IMG/VR virus record: IMGVR_UViG_3300044797_000098
Span: 62,001-126,000 of that record
Length of the DNA stretch: 64,000 nucleotides
Direction: 5' to 3' (one strand)
Shown here: one piece after another, positions 10,286-20,514 of the stretch
Layout of the letters: each line of letters opens with the position of its first letter
How positions within the stretch are numbered: the first letter of the stretch is position 1
Translations under genes and position numbers: made by a program
The notes under the pieces: model-generated
The model's database searches: none
Seen by the model: only the letters and a program-made list of their open reading frames with translations
Told to the model about the DNA's origin: nothing

Positions 10286-13200
10286 ATGTCTTTTACCGGA
10301 AAACCAACTAATGCTAATGAACTAATTCTTTGGAATGGTACGGAGTTTTATAGTGGTAAATTAACTGGCAATAATATCGATACAACTTCCACCACAGCCA
10401 TACAAATAAATGGTGAGTTCATTGGAACATCTTTTGGTGTTAATAATGGAACAACAATACCAACAATTGCAAGTGGTACCGGAGTTCCAAGTACAACACC
10501 CCCAGATGGTTCATTATTTATGCGAACCGATGGTACATCAACAAGTGGATTATACACGTATCAAGCAGGAGTATGGAGTTCGGTTGCAGGCAGTGGAGTA
10601 TTTAGTGCTGGCGGAGATCTTTCTGGTACATCGTCAAGTCAAACCGTAATAGGTATTCAAGGTAATCCTGTTGAATCAGGTATACTTGGAAGTGCGCAAG
10701 ACGGTTATGTATTGACTTGGGTTAATGCATCCGATCAGTGGCAACCAAAACCAACTACAACTGAAACAGTGGATATATTCGGTGATGTTAATGGTACAAC
10801 CGCTGCATCAACTGTTGTTGCAATACAGGGAAACACCGTAACATCTGGTGCTCTTACAAAAGGTCAGTTTTTTGTCGCAACGAGTACAAGTAACTGGGCT
10901 CCAACAACATTATCAGGAGATGTTAGTGAAAGTGCTACAACACCTGGAAAATTAACTGTAATTCAAATAAACGGTTCAACTGTTCCGGCTGGTGGTTCGC
11001 TAACAACAGGAAATGTATTACAAGTCAATGGCAGTAGTAGTTTAACTTATTCAGCAATAAATCTTGCCGGTGGTAGCAATTATGTTACCGGTGTTCTTCC
11101 AACTGCTAATCAAGCAAATCAAACTTTATCGGGTGATGTTACTGGAACAACAAACTCAAATATAGTTGCGTCATTGGACGGATACTCATTACCGAGTCCA
11201 ACTCCCGGTGTATTAGAGGAAATAGGCGGAAGTCTAGTCTGGAGTACAGTAAATCTTGCAAGCAGTACTTACGTATCTGGTATATTACCAACAGCAAATC
11301 AAGCTAATCAATCACTAACTTTGACCGGTGATATTACTGGAACTGGAACAACTGCAAGCACCAGCACTACATTAGCAACAACAGGTGTAACTGCCTCTAG
11401 TTATGGTAGTTCAACACAAGTTGGAACCTTTACTGTTGATGCAAAAGGCAGATTAACCGCTGCATCAAATGTAACTATATCTGGTACTACACCAGGCGGT
11501 AGCGCAGGAGGAGATCTTAGTGGAACTTATCCTAATCCAACTATTGGATCATTAGATGGCTATACTTTACCGTCACCTACAGCAGGCGTGTTAGAAGAAG
11601 TTGGCGGAAATCTTGTATGGAGCACTGTTAATTTAGCGAGTTCTACATACGTTAGCGGAGTGTTACCAACTGCAAACCAAGCTAATCAAACTTTATCTGG
11701 TGATGCCACTGGTAATACAGGTGCAGTTGTAATTAATCTAAGCGGTGATGTTACTGGTCGAGTAGGCTCAACCGTATTATCTGCAATTGATGGATATTCA
11801 TTACCAAGTCCCGGACAATATCAAGGCGTATTACAATCAGCAAGTAATGGAACTTTAACTTGGGGACCTGTAAATCTTGCTTCATCAAATTATGTTACTG
11901 GTATCTTGCCAACTGCAAATCAAGCTGCCCAAACAATGGGCGGAGACGTTTCTGGAACAACTGCAAGTGCAACAGTAATTAAAGTTGATGGCGTATCTTA
12001 TCCAGCAAGCCCAAGCACTAATACAGTACCAGTTGTTACTGCAAGTAATACCGTTACATACCAGCAAATTGCCGACGCTCAAGTGTCTGCAACTGCTGCA
12101 ATCGCTGGTACAAAAATAAGCCCTAATTTTGGAACTCAAAATGTAACTACATCTGGTAATATAACAACAACAAGTACCGGATCTATTACATCAAATACAA
12201 CTGTAACAGCAGTTAGTGGAGTTATTACTCCGTCAGTTGATACATCTGGGGCATCTACACTAACACTTGGAACAACCAATGCTACCAAGGTACAAATTGG
12301 TACAAGTGGTAACACAACTGAAGTACTTGGCAATTTACAAGTTGATGGTGCTGAAACAATTATTGGTACAAGTGTGTTCCAACAAGCTGCAACATTCGAG
12401 GGTAATACAACAGTTGCTGATGGTTATAGTTTTACAGTGATCGGTGCTACTGGCGGAACATTCTCTATAAACGGAGATGGAGCATCCACATTATCAACTA
12501 GTTCAGGCGCATTGACTATTGATGGTTATGCTAGCACGCTTATACAAGCAAATGGGTCTACTCAAATAGATGTTAGCACTAATGGAGTACAACTATTCTC
12601 TGGATCACAATCACTTGGCGGAGGAGTTGGAGTACTTGGATTTACTAATGCAACAACGAACCCAACAACTAATCCATCAAACGGCGCTATACTTTATTCA
12701 TCAGGTGGCGTACTAAATATACGACAATCTAATGGTACCACATTCCCAATTACATCTGGTGCAACTGCATTTACTGCTGGTGGAGATTTATCTGGAACAG
12801 CAACAAGCCAACAAGTAATATCATTGACTGGTACTACCGGAACAGTTAGTACGGCGTCGTCCACAAGCACAATTCAATTCAATACATCTTCAACATCACC
12901 AACATTTAATCAAGCAAATAATACGGCTGCTTCTGGAACTGGAACAGCACTAACAGTACAAGCACAAAACGCTACAGGAACGACAAGTACTGGTGGTGCA
13001 TTACATCTAACATCAGGAACTGGTACAAGTACAGCAGGAAATGTTCTAATTCAAACCGGTGGCACTACACAATTAACTGTATCACCAAGCGGAGTTACAT
13101 TAGCTTCATTAGCCGGCGGAGGATCACAAGCATTCGTTACTGTTAGCACTGGTGGCGTAATATCCACAACTGCTATGGCTGCTGGTGGAGATCTATCTGG

Positions 13201-14845
13201 TACATATCCAAATCCAACTGTTGCAAAAGTAGACGGAGTTTCTTACCCAGCCAGTCCAAGCACAAATACAGTACCGGTTGTTACTGCAAGTAATACCGTT
13301 ACATACCAGCAAATTGCTAATGCCCAAATATCATCTACGGCTAATATAGCTGTTAGTAAATTAGCTGCTGGTACAGCTGCACAATTATTGCTTAATAATT
13401 CTACACCTACTCCAACTTGGACAACGGTTAGCGGTGATGCAACAATATCATCTACTGGTAGCATTACAGTTGTATCTTTGGATGGTTATTCTCTACCAAG
13501 CCCAACTCCTGGTGTTTTACAAGAGGTTGGTGGTAATTTAGTATGGGGTGCAGTCAATCTAGCTTCTTCTACCTACGTTACCGGTGTTCTTCCAACTGCA
13601 AATCAAGCCAATCAATCGCTTACACTAACGGGTGATGTAACAAGTTCAGGTGGCACAACAGGATCAGCATCTACAACGGTTGCAAAAATACAGGGAGTTA
13701 CAATCAGCGGAACTCCAAGTGCTGGTTATGTGCTGGAAGCAACGTCTTCAACTGCTGCTTCTTGGCAAGCACCAAGTAGTGATATCATATTAGGTGGTGA
13801 TGTAACTGGAACTGCAACTGCAAATATTGTATCATCAATCGACGGTTATTCACTCCCAAACCCAGGGCAACATCAAGGTGTATTGCAATCTGCAAGCAAT
13901 GGCACGCTCTCTTGGAGCACAGTAAATCTTGCATCAAGTTCATACGTATCTGGTAATCTTCCAGTTACAAACATTGCTCCTGGTACTTCTGCTCAAGTAT
14001 TAATGAGCAACGGAACTCCTGCAACAACTTGGACTACATTAAGCGGTGATGTTACAGTAAATGCGACTGGTGGCACAACAGTCAATAGTATTAGCGGAAG
14101 CTCACCAATAAATATAACACCAGCAACATTACAATGGGCACAAGGTACTGTTACACCAGTAATAAATCAAGCAGCTGCAGCAGCTAACGGAACATCTTTC
14201 ACAATAAGTGCACAAAACGCTGGCGGAAGTAACCATATCGGCGGAAATCTAGTTTTATCATCTGGGGCTAAAACTGGTAGCGGATACGATGGTTATATAT
14301 ATCTAGAAGCTGGTGGAAATGTAGAAGCATTCGTTATGTCTGCTGATGCAACAAGCGACGGTGGTTTCGGTATTGGTACTACACCCGGAAGTGATCCAAC
14401 AATTACTCGTGGTTCTGGTATTCCAACCACAACTCAACCAAATGGAAGCCTTTTCTTACGAACTGACGGAACTAATGCTTCGGCTCTATATGTCCGACAA
14501 TCGGCTGTTTGGTCTGCTATTGCCCCTGGTCTCCCTGGTCTCGCTGCCCCTGTTACAGCGGGTATCAGAACGATTACTGGAACTTATACTGTGGATGCAT
14601 CAGGCAATGATTATCTCATTTATATCAACTCAGCATCTGCTTTCAATCTCACATTACCAGCACCGACAACTGGGCGCGTGATTGTTGTCAAAGACATATC
14701 GGGTGCATTGGAAACGCACAATTGCACTCTCGTCCGACACGGAAGTGAAAACATCGAAGGGCTTGCAGCATCAAGAGTTCTCAATACCAACTTTGGTAAT
14801 TACACGATTACGTCTGATGGAACAAACTGGTTTATAGGAAACTAA
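10286..14845 (+). CDS. Long tail-fibre-like protein with GD(L/V)(S/T)G and VNLASS.YV.G.LP repeats
   Basis: 1519 aa, T/S/G-rich, many shaft-type repeats, AGGA RBS; shares its C-terminal domain with 9004 and 17509. Confidence 0.8.
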   Translation: MSFTGKPTNANELILWNGTEFYSGKLTGNNIDTTSTTAIQINGEFIGTSFGVNNGTTIPTIASGTGVPSTTPPDGSLFMRTDGTSTSGLYTYQAGVWSSVAGSGVFSAGGDLSGTSSSQTVIGIQGNPVESGILGSAQDGYVLTWVNASDQWQPKPTTTETVDIFGDVNGTTAASTVVAIQGNTVTSGALTKGQFFVATSTSNWAPTTLSGDVSESATTPGKLTVIQINGSTVPAGGSLTTGNVLQVNGSSSLTYSAINLAGGSNYVTGVLPTANQANQTLSGDVTGTTNSNIVASLDGYSLPSPTPGVLEEIGGSLVWSTVNLASSTYVSGILPTANQANQSLTLTGDITGTGTTASTSTTLATTGVTASSYGSSTQVGTFTVDAKGRLTAASNVTISGTTPGGSAGGDLSGTYPNPTIGSLDGYTLPSPTAGVLEEVGGNLVWSTVNLASSTYVSGVLPTANQANQTLSGDATGNTGAVVINLSGDVTGRVGSTVLSAIDGYSLPSPGQYQGVLQSASNGTLTWGPVNLASSNYVTGILPTANQAAQTMGGDVSGTTASATVIKVDGVSYPASPSTNTVPVVTASNTVTYQQIADAQVSATAAIAGTKISPNFGTQNVTTSGNITTTSTGSITSNTTVTAVSGVITPSVDTSGASTLTLGTTNATKVQIGTSGNTTEVLGNLQVDGAETIIGTSVFQQAATFEGNTTVADGYSFTVIGATGGTFSINGDGASTLSTSSGALTIDGYASTLIQANGSTQIDVSTNGVQLFSGSQSLGGGVGVLGFTNATTNPTTNPSNGAILYSSGGVLNIRQSNGTTFPITSGATAFTAGGDLSGTATSQQVISLTGTTGTVSTASSTSTIQFNTSSTSPTFNQANNTAASGTGTALTVQAQNATGTTSTGGALHLTSGTGTSTAGNVLIQTGGTTQLTVSPSGVTLASLAGGGSQAFVTVSTGGVISTTAMAAGGDLSGTYPNPTVAKVDGVSYPASPSTNTVPVVTASNTVTYQQIANAQISSTANIAVSKLAAGTAAQLLLNNSTPTPTWTTVSGDATISSTGSITVVSLDGYSLPSPTPGVLQEVGGNLVWGAVNLASSTYVTGVLPTANQANQSLTLTGDVTSSGGTTGSASTTVAKIQGVTISGTPSAGYVLEATSSTAASWQAPSSDIILGGDVTGTATANIVSSIDGYSLPNPGQHQGVLQSASNGTLSWSTVNLASSSYVSGNLPVTNIAPGTSAQVLMSNGTPATTWTTLSGDVTVNATGGTTVNSISGSSPINITPATLQWAQGTVTPVINQAAAAANGTSFTISAQNAGGSNHIGGNLVLSSGAKTGSGYDGYIYLEAGGNVEAFVMSADATSDGGFGIGTTPGSDPTITRGSGIPTTTQPNGSLFLRTDGTNASALYVRQSAVWSAIAPGLPGLAAPVTAGIRTITGTYTVDASGNDYLIYINSASAFNLTLPAPTTGRVIVVKDISGALETHNCTLVRHGSENIEGLAASRVLNTNFGNYTITSDGTNWFIGN
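12032..13317 (+). repeat. Exact 41-bp direct repeat (12032-12072 and 13277-13317) inside a duplicated fibre module
   Basis: GTTGTTACTGCAAGTAATACCGTTACATACCAGCAAATTGC occurs twice; both copies encode KVDGVSYPASPSTNTVPVVTASNTVTYQQIA. Confidence 0.85.
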
Positions 14846-14846
14846 C

Positions 14847-15683
14847 ATGGCAAATGGATTTTCAAAAGTAGTTTTCACTGCAAGTAGCACTCCATGGGTT
14901 TGTCCCGCGGGTATAACAGAAGTCTTACTTATTGGCTTTGGGGGTGGCGGTGGAGGCGGTGGTGGTCAATCAGGATCTGGCACTACAACGCAAACTGGTG
15001 GTGGTGGTGGAGGTGGTGGAGGCTCTATTCAATCTTCTGTCTATGTTTCGGTTGTGCCGGGAACTACTTATACCGTTGCAATAGGTGCAGGCGGACTAGG
15101 TGGTGCTGCTGGCAACAATGGTAGTCCGGGTGGTAATAGCACTTTCGGATCACTTGCAACATTCTATGGGGCTTCTGGTGGAGGACAAGGAGTCTTTTCA
15201 GGAACCTATGGCGGGGCTTCTTTTACGGATGGCTATCAAGGTGGAACCAATGTCTATTCCTATTCAATCGGTTCAGCAGCTGGCTCTACTCCCAACTTTC
15301 TTACTCCTGGTGCTGGTGGCAATAGTCCTGGCTCTAGCGGTGCTATCAACGGTGCAGCTGGTAATAACGGCAATGCCAATCTTGTCAACGGGTCTGGTGG
15401 TATTGCGGGCGCTGCTGGAACCAAAGCGACCAATTCAGGTGGTTGCGGAGGTGGTGGTGGCGGTGGTGGACCTAATGGCAGTGGTGGCAATGGTGGCAAT
15501 GGTGGCAACGGCATATCGTCCGGCACTGCTGGCTCAGGGAGCGTTGGAGGCTCTGCCAATGCTAATTCAGGAGCAGGTGGTGGAGGAGGCGGTCAAGGCG
15601 GTAACGGCACTACTGCTGGCACTGGTGGCGCTGGTGGTAATGGTGGTAGCGGTCAGATAACACTTATAGCAGTGGGTTTCTAA
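14847..15683 (+). CDS. Glycine-rich phage tail-associated protein
   Basis: FT.S..W.CPAG...V....GGGGGG, V.PG..Y...IGAGG and a terminal GG.GGSG.I, typical of phage Gly-rich domains. Confidence 0.75.
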   Translation: MANGFSKVVFTASSTPWVCPAGITEVLLIGFGGGGGGGGGQSGSGTTTQTGGGGGGGGGSIQSSVYVSVVPGTTYTVAIGAGGLGGAAGNNGSPGGNSTFGSLATFYGASGGGQGVFSGTYGGASFTDGYQGGTNVYSYSIGSAAGSTPNFLTPGAGGNSPGSSGAINGAAGNNGNANLVNGSGGIAGAAGTKATNSGGCGGGGGGGGPNGSGGNGGNGGNGISSGTAGSGSVGGSANANSGAGGGGGGQGGNGTTAGTGGAGGNGGSGQITLIAVGF

Positions 15684-15684
15684 A

Positions 15685-17184
15685 ATGGCTTCTCAACTTT
15701 TTCCAATCCCATTAGGTGTTGGTGTAGGGGGAAAAGATGATCCTTTTCAACTTCCACCAAACAAGCTATTACAACTGTATAACGGAATCTTTCGTTATAC
15801 GAATAGAGTTGATCTGCGCTGGGGATATAATTCCCTTGGAAAACAGATTGTTGGTTCTAATCTAACAATCACTTCTGGCGCAGCGATCAATGCTTTTGAA
15901 CAAGAGCTTCTTATCTATGATAATACATATGCCTACTCATATAGCAAGACAGAAAATGCTTGGCTAAATCGTGGTATTGAAAGATCTGTTATAGTTTCTT
16001 CTCAACTTATTATAGCAAACAACAATCAACAACTTTCACCAGACTTAGCGATTCTCAATGGAATTGAAGTTTTCGTATGGGAAGATTCACTTGGAACATT
16101 GAGATATTCTGTATTCGATTCATCTGTTGGCAATGTCATTCTCAATAATAACATTCTTTATACTGGTTGCCCGTCTGCCAATGTTAGACCAAAAGCCATG
16201 AGCTTTGCTGCATCTAATATGATTCCAATCTTCTTTGTGAATGCCAGCGGGCAACTACTGTTCGTTGTAATAAATCCAAACAATCCAACAAAAATCAATA
16301 CATACGCACAGATTCTTGCCAATGGATTATCCAATCCAGCATACTATGATGCAACCGTTGTTGGAAGTTCTATCTACATAGCTTACTATACTTCAACATC
16401 AGTTCAACTTATTCAAGTCAATTCCAATTTTATTATCCAAAGTCAAGTGCAGGTTGCAACAATATCATCAGTTCCAACTGGGTCGATCAATGTTGGTTCA
16501 GACTTATTGAATAACATCTATGTTTCATTCGTTGATAATAGTTCTAACACAACAGTGCAAACAGCAGTATATAGTTCAAGCCTTGTTCAACTTTCTGCTC
16601 CAACAGCAACTATAACTCAATCAACAGGCACTATCGCATCCGTTGCATCAATCAATGGAATGGTTTATGCAGAAGCAAAAGGGTCTGTTGTAGGCGGAGT
16701 CTATAACAATGTTATATACCAGAATACAATCTCCACTGCTGGCACCGTTGGTTCTACATCTGTATTTATTAGATCTCTTGGACTTGCATCAAAACCATTT
16801 TATTACAACGGAGTTGTTTACGTCAATGTTGCATCACAATCAGCATTGCAACCAACATACTTTACATTAGACAGTTCTGCTAATGTTGTAGCAAAGATGC
16901 TTCCCGGTCTTGGCGGAGGTTTGATTCAATCATCTGATTATACTCTACCAGAATGTCCATCATATTCAACTGGTATATTCAAGTTTCCCAATCTTCAATA
17001 TGGTGTTCCGATATCAGAAGAAGGTGTTGTCTTTGGTCTTCTTGGAGTGAATTGCACAACTCTCAACTTCTATAATTCCAATCAATTCCTCTCTGCCATA
17101 ATGAACAATTCATTATATACAGTTGGTGGTATCCTTCAACAATATGACGGATCAAAATACTTCGAGTCAGGTTATCGCTTCTAG
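15685..17184 (+). CDS. Beta-rich structural protein, probably 3'-truncated (resembles the N-terminal part of podovirus-type tail/stabilisation proteins)
   Basis: N-terminus PLG.G...K.D...LP..KL..L.N....R.GY, then beta-propeller-like repeats; stops abruptly at GG.LQ.YDG..YFESGYRF*. Confidence 0.5.
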   Translation: MASQLFPIPLGVGVGGKDDPFQLPPNKLLQLYNGIFRYTNRVDLRWGYNSLGKQIVGSNLTITSGAAINAFEQELLIYDNTYAYSYSKTENAWLNRGIERSVIVSSQLIIANNNQQLSPDLAILNGIEVFVWEDSLGTLRYSVFDSSVGNVILNNNILYTGCPSANVRPKAMSFAASNMIPIFFVNASGQLLFVVINPNNPTKINTYAQILANGLSNPAYYDATVVGSSIYIAYYTSTSVQLIQVNSNFIIQSQVQVATISSVPTGSINVGSDLLNNIYVSFVDNSSNTTVQTAVYSSSLVQLSAPTATITQSTGTIASVASINGMVYAEAKGSVVGGVYNNVIYQNTISTAGTVGSTSVFIRSLGLASKPFYYNGVVYVNVASQSALQPTYFTLDSSANVVAKMLPGLGGGLIQSSDYTLPECPSYSTGIFKFPNLQYGVPISEEGVVFGLLGVNCTTLNFYNSNQFLSAIMNNSLYTVGGILQQYDGSKYFESGYRF

Positions 17185-17506
17185 CAATTTACTTGGACAA
17201 TTATCAATGGGCGGATCTGGGGCTTACACTGGCGTTACTTCTTTTGCTGGTTTGGCAAATGCTGTCGGTAATGGTTCTTATACTGGTGGAGCAGCTGGTG
17301 GTACTTTTGGTGGCGGTGGCGGTGGAGCCGGACCTCAAGGTGCTGGTGCAGCAGGCGGAGCCTCTGGAGCTGGCGGTTCTTCTGCTAGTGCTAATACGGG
17401 AGCGGGTGGTGGTGGTGGTGGCGGTGCAAATGGATCGAGTGGGTTTGCCTCTGGTGCTGGTGGTGCAGGTGGATCCGGATCTTTGCAAATCACTTATGTT
17501 CTATAA
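17170..17506 (+). pseudogene. Headless C-terminal fragment of a second glycine-rich protein
   Basis: GGGGGGAGPQGAG...SASANTGAGGGGGGG...GGAGGSGSLQITYVL parallels the C-terminal half of 14847-15683. It lacks the N-terminal CPAG module and a credible start, and is in a different frame from the upstream ORF. Confidence 0.6.
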
Positions 17507-17508
17507 TT

Positions 17509-18699
17509 TTAGACCGTAATCCACATTCCCCCATCCCATACAACAATAATACCTTCATAATTAACAGCAATTATGTAATCACTTGCACCATCAATCATAT
17601 TACCATTACCATCGACTATAATATTGTATGCGGAAGCACTGCCTCTACCATCTTTAATATTAATTATCTGGCCAATAAAAGGATTATCTAATAATGTTAT
17701 TGTTATTGAGCTCGCAATAACTCCAACTGATATGATATTATCAGTTAATAATACTGTATAGTTTTCATTAATAATAACTACATTATTTAGAACATTAAAG
17801 CTTTCAATTTTTTTAGCTTCCCATTCATTATCTGCATTAACCCAAGTTAGAACATATCCGTCTTGTATAGAACTATTAATCCCTGGTTTTACAGGGTTTC
17901 CTTGAATTGCAATCACATTGGCAGCATTAGTATTACCGGATAGATCACCACCTAATAATTGGTACGCTTGATTATTTACAGGAAGGATACCAATAATATA
18001 TTCAGTTCCACCCGCAAGATTAACTGCACCATATATGAGATTGCTGCCTGATACCTGCAAAACATTACCAGTATTTCCTATTGTCGATACCGGCGAACCA
18101 TTTATACCAATAACAGTTTGATTTGTTGAAGTTCCGGAGAGATCTCCACCAGCAAAAAAATTACCGCTACTAACTAACGGAACATATGCATAACCATCCT
18201 GACTTACTAAAAATTGATTTGTATATCCGTCAAAGTAAATTATACCCTGCCCAGGATCTGATACATAACTTGTTGTAATGGCATTTATGATAATCTTACC
18301 AGTTAAATCAAATAATCCCGTCATTTCTGACGTGCTCTCTATCGGACCTGATGTTATTCCACCTGTTGTAGATATGTTTTGATCTAGGAAATTATTACCA
18401 CCATCTACCGTTGGCCCCCAGGCGAATCCATTCCAAATAATTGTTTGTCCTGGCTCTGGTATTCCGTAAGAAATTATTGAACCAGCACCTTGTTGATTGA
18501 ATATTGTAGCTTCTAATGCATCTAATCGAGCACGAACCGTATTAAATATACCTTGCGGTTTCACGCCAAGGCACGCTTCGATGGCTAATATTGCATCACG
18601 TAATATATTTACACTCTCAGCTTTAACAACAGAAATGTTATCACGCACTGTTGGAAGCGTGATGGAAGAATCTATTTGTGCTGGGAACACAGTTGCCAC
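17509..18699 (-). CDS. Virion fibre-like protein, mosaic paralog of 9004 and 10286
   Basis: N-terminus VNILRDAILAIEACLGVKPQG..TVRARLDAL is nearly identical to 9004; the middle has IQGNPV..QDGYVLTWVNA and VNLAGG..Y..GILP as in 10286. GTG 18699 is the likely start. Confidence 0.75.
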   Translation of the reverse strand: MATVFPAQIDSSITLPTVRDNISVVKAESVNILRDAILAIEACLGVKPQGIFNTVRARLDALEATIFNQQGAGSIISYGIPEPGQTIIWNGFAWGPTVDGGNNFLDQNISTTGGITSGPIESTSEMTGLFDLTGKIIINAITTSYVSDPGQGIIYFDGYTNQFLVSQDGYAYVPLVSSGNFFAGGDLSGTSTNQTVIGINGSPVSTIGNTGNVLQVSGSNLIYGAVNLAGGTEYIIGILPVNNQAYQLLGGDLSGNTNAANVIAIQGNPVKPGINSSIQDGYVLTWVNADNEWEAKKIESFNVLNNVVIINENYTVLLTDNIISVGVIASSITITLLDNPFIGQIINIKDGRGSASAYNIIVDGNGNMIDGASDYIIAVNYEGIIVVWDGGMWITV

Positions 18700-18732
18700 A
18701 ATAATATGTGGCAATATCGATATTTTGCTATA

Positions 18733-19272
18733 TTATGATATTAATACTGCATCAATTAATCTTATACGCTCCTGCATACTATCTGTATTTATTTGATAGT
18801 ATTTAATTGAATACATTTCTAATAATAGTTTTAACATAGCATCTATACTGACAACGGCATCCCAATTTAATTGTTCACGAACACCATCATTTTTCAATGT
18901 TGCTTTTGATGGACGAACAAAAAATATGATTGCATCTTTTAGACTATTTATGTATTCCTCGAACTCTGGACGTTTAATTAACTCATTAGTGATTGTGGAG
19001 TGTTGGGCTGAATATGCAACAGAATCCAATAGTGATCTATCTGCAACAAAATCAATTAATTTAGATTCTTCTAATAATTGACGATTGAATACTTCTGCTT
19101 GATAGGAATTAACTATTTTAATATCTGAACGAAGCGAATCGACATTTAATTCATTTTGACTAAGTACCATCCTCGCTACTTCTGTTAGCATAGGAAGATT
19201 ATATTTTTCCGATGTATAGCGAGCAAGAGTCGATTTTCCTGAACTATGTGATCCAATATAATATATTTTCAT
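18733..19272 (-). CDS. AAA_28/NadR-type P-loop nucleotide kinase
   Basis: MKIYYIGSHSSGKSTLA, EVAR, DRSLLD, DGVR. ATG 19272 overlaps the upstream stop (ATGA). Confidence 0.8.
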   Translation of the reverse strand: MKIYYIGSHSSGKSTLARYTSEKYNLPMLTEVARMVLSQNELNVDSLRSDIKIVNSYQAEVFNRQLLEESKLIDFVADRSLLDSVAYSAQHSTITNELIKRPEFEEYINSLKDAIIFFVRPSKATLKNDGVREQLNWDAVVSIDAMLKLLLEMYSIKYYQINTDSMQERIRLIDAVLIS

Positions 19273-19631
19273 AGTATGGATACGAACTTTTCTATATCTG
19301 AAAAACAATCTAATAATGTTTTTTCATCTATGGCCGGCATAAAAAATCTGTAATAATGCGTATCTGTTATTGTATGGTAATAAAAATATGGCATATTCAT
19401 TTCTTCACAAGACTCTGGTATATTCATTTGTTCATCCATATTTTTATGGGCAGTTTGAATATCAATACCTGGTCGCCAGACTACCACTTCAAAACCCCTA
19501 CCAGGAGTACATTTTTTTATCGGTTCACACCAATAATTTTTAAATTTGGTTTTATATATTGTCTTAACTAATTTAACCGAAAACTTATTTAATAAATCCT
19601 CTAACTTTTGAGAATGAATAAATGTATTCAT
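19269..19631 (-). CDS. Hypothetical protein
   Basis: 120-aa ORF with an AGGT RBS. Confidence 0.6.
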   Translation of the reverse strand: MNTFIHSQKLEDLLNKFSVKLVKTIYKTKFKNYWCEPIKKCTPGRGFEVVVWRPGIDIQTAHKNMDEQMNIPESCEEMNMPYFYYHTITDTHYYRFFMPAIDEKTLLDCFSDIEKFVSIL

Positions 19632-19651
19632 CTTTACCTGTCTTTCTAATA

Positions 19652-20320
19652 TTATAGTACTACGAAATCTCTATCAATAAATAATACTAATGTATTCGGA
19701 TCTTTTGCAAATCCAAGTTTTTGTACGATGTTGCCAGTATTTGATGGTGGCGTGACTGTAAATCCGCCTGCAACAACATCCAAATAATATGTAGCAGTCG
19801 TTATTAATCCTGATTGTCCGCCGAGTTCTCCGTAGTATAATACAACTGCTCGATCGATTGCCGGTTTAGATTGAACTACACCAATAACCGGTTGTGATAT
19901 TGGTTCTGTAGCACTGGCTAAATCAACATAATCTGATGAAGTTAAATATACAACATCATTCACATTTACATTTACCGAACAAGTATACATTCCTGAAACA
20001 CTTCCCGATTGTTCGAATGGGTTTCCTGTACCGGTCGTGATACCATTTCGATTTAAAAATCCAGTGAATGTTGGATCGAATGACATTAGATTGACATTAC
20101 TTTGAAATATTTTAATTTGTTTCGTTCTAAACTTATAGTATAATTCACCTTTTATTAAAGATGATTTTATTTCTTCTTCCGATATGCCACGGATTTTCAT
20201 CAAATCTATATATGCGCCAGGAGCAACTGGATTGTTAAATATATTAATCCATTTTATAGATATATTTTGTACTATAAATACAATATCCGTAGGATTGCGC
20301 CGGTATGCAAAAATGTTCAT
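19652..20320 (-). CDS. Putative structural protein with C-terminal capsid-cement/DUF2190-like domain
   Basis: DVVYL....V.LASA....VIGVV...V...GEL...GL...YYL...G.....P...G..VQ.LG.A pattern. Confidence 0.5.
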   Translation of the reverse strand: MNIFAYRRNPTDIVFIVQNISIKWINIFNNPVAPGAYIDLMKIRGISEEEIKSSLIKGELYYKFRTKQIKIFQSNVNLMSFDPTFTGFLNRNGITTGTGNPFEQSGSVSGMYTCSVNVNVNDVVYLTSSDYVDLASATEPISQPVIGVVQSKPAIDRAVVLYYGELGGQSGLITTATYYLDVVAGGFTVTPPSNTGNIVQKLGFAKDPNTLVLFIDRDFVVL

Positions 20321-20340
20321 ATCAATAATATACGAAAAAA

Positions 20341-20511
20341 TTAGCCTATTTGTATTAGTCGTTGGAATTGATCCATTGTCAATTCGACCGAATTGGCTAT
20401 TGTTTCTAATGGCTTATCTTTATTTTTTGCTACTATTGTTATTATGATTTTATTTGGTGATGGAGATTTAGAAACTTCAATATAAGAATGATCGGTGAAT
20501 TGGATTTTCAT
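20341..20511 (-). CDS. Small hypothetical protein (56 aa, not in the ORF track)
   Basis: MKIQFTDHSYIEVSKSPSPNKIIITIVAKNKDKPLETIANSVELTMDQFQRLIQIG* fills the gap directly after map. Confidence 0.6.
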   Translation of the reverse strand: MKIQFTDHSYIEVSKSPSPNKIIITIVAKNKDKPLETIANSVELTMDQFQRLIQIG

Positions 20512-20514
20512 AAT

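Noticed and set aside
10286-14845. Diversity-generating retroelement acting on the fibre repeats
   Set aside because: No reverse transcriptase in the window; repeat differences are synonymous third-position changes, not adenine-specific.
14894-15660. Trp/Arg-, Val- and Pro-rich ORFs (WWWWWRWW, PPPPPPP) over the Gly-rich gene
   Set aside because: Frame-shifted or antisense readings of GGT/GGC runs.
17182-17270. Possible TAG readthrough or stop-codon reassignment after ORF 15685
   Set aside because: The in-frame continuation is the W/R/C-rich shadow of the Gly-rich frame and soon stops. TAG and TGA end many normal genes here, so the code is standard.
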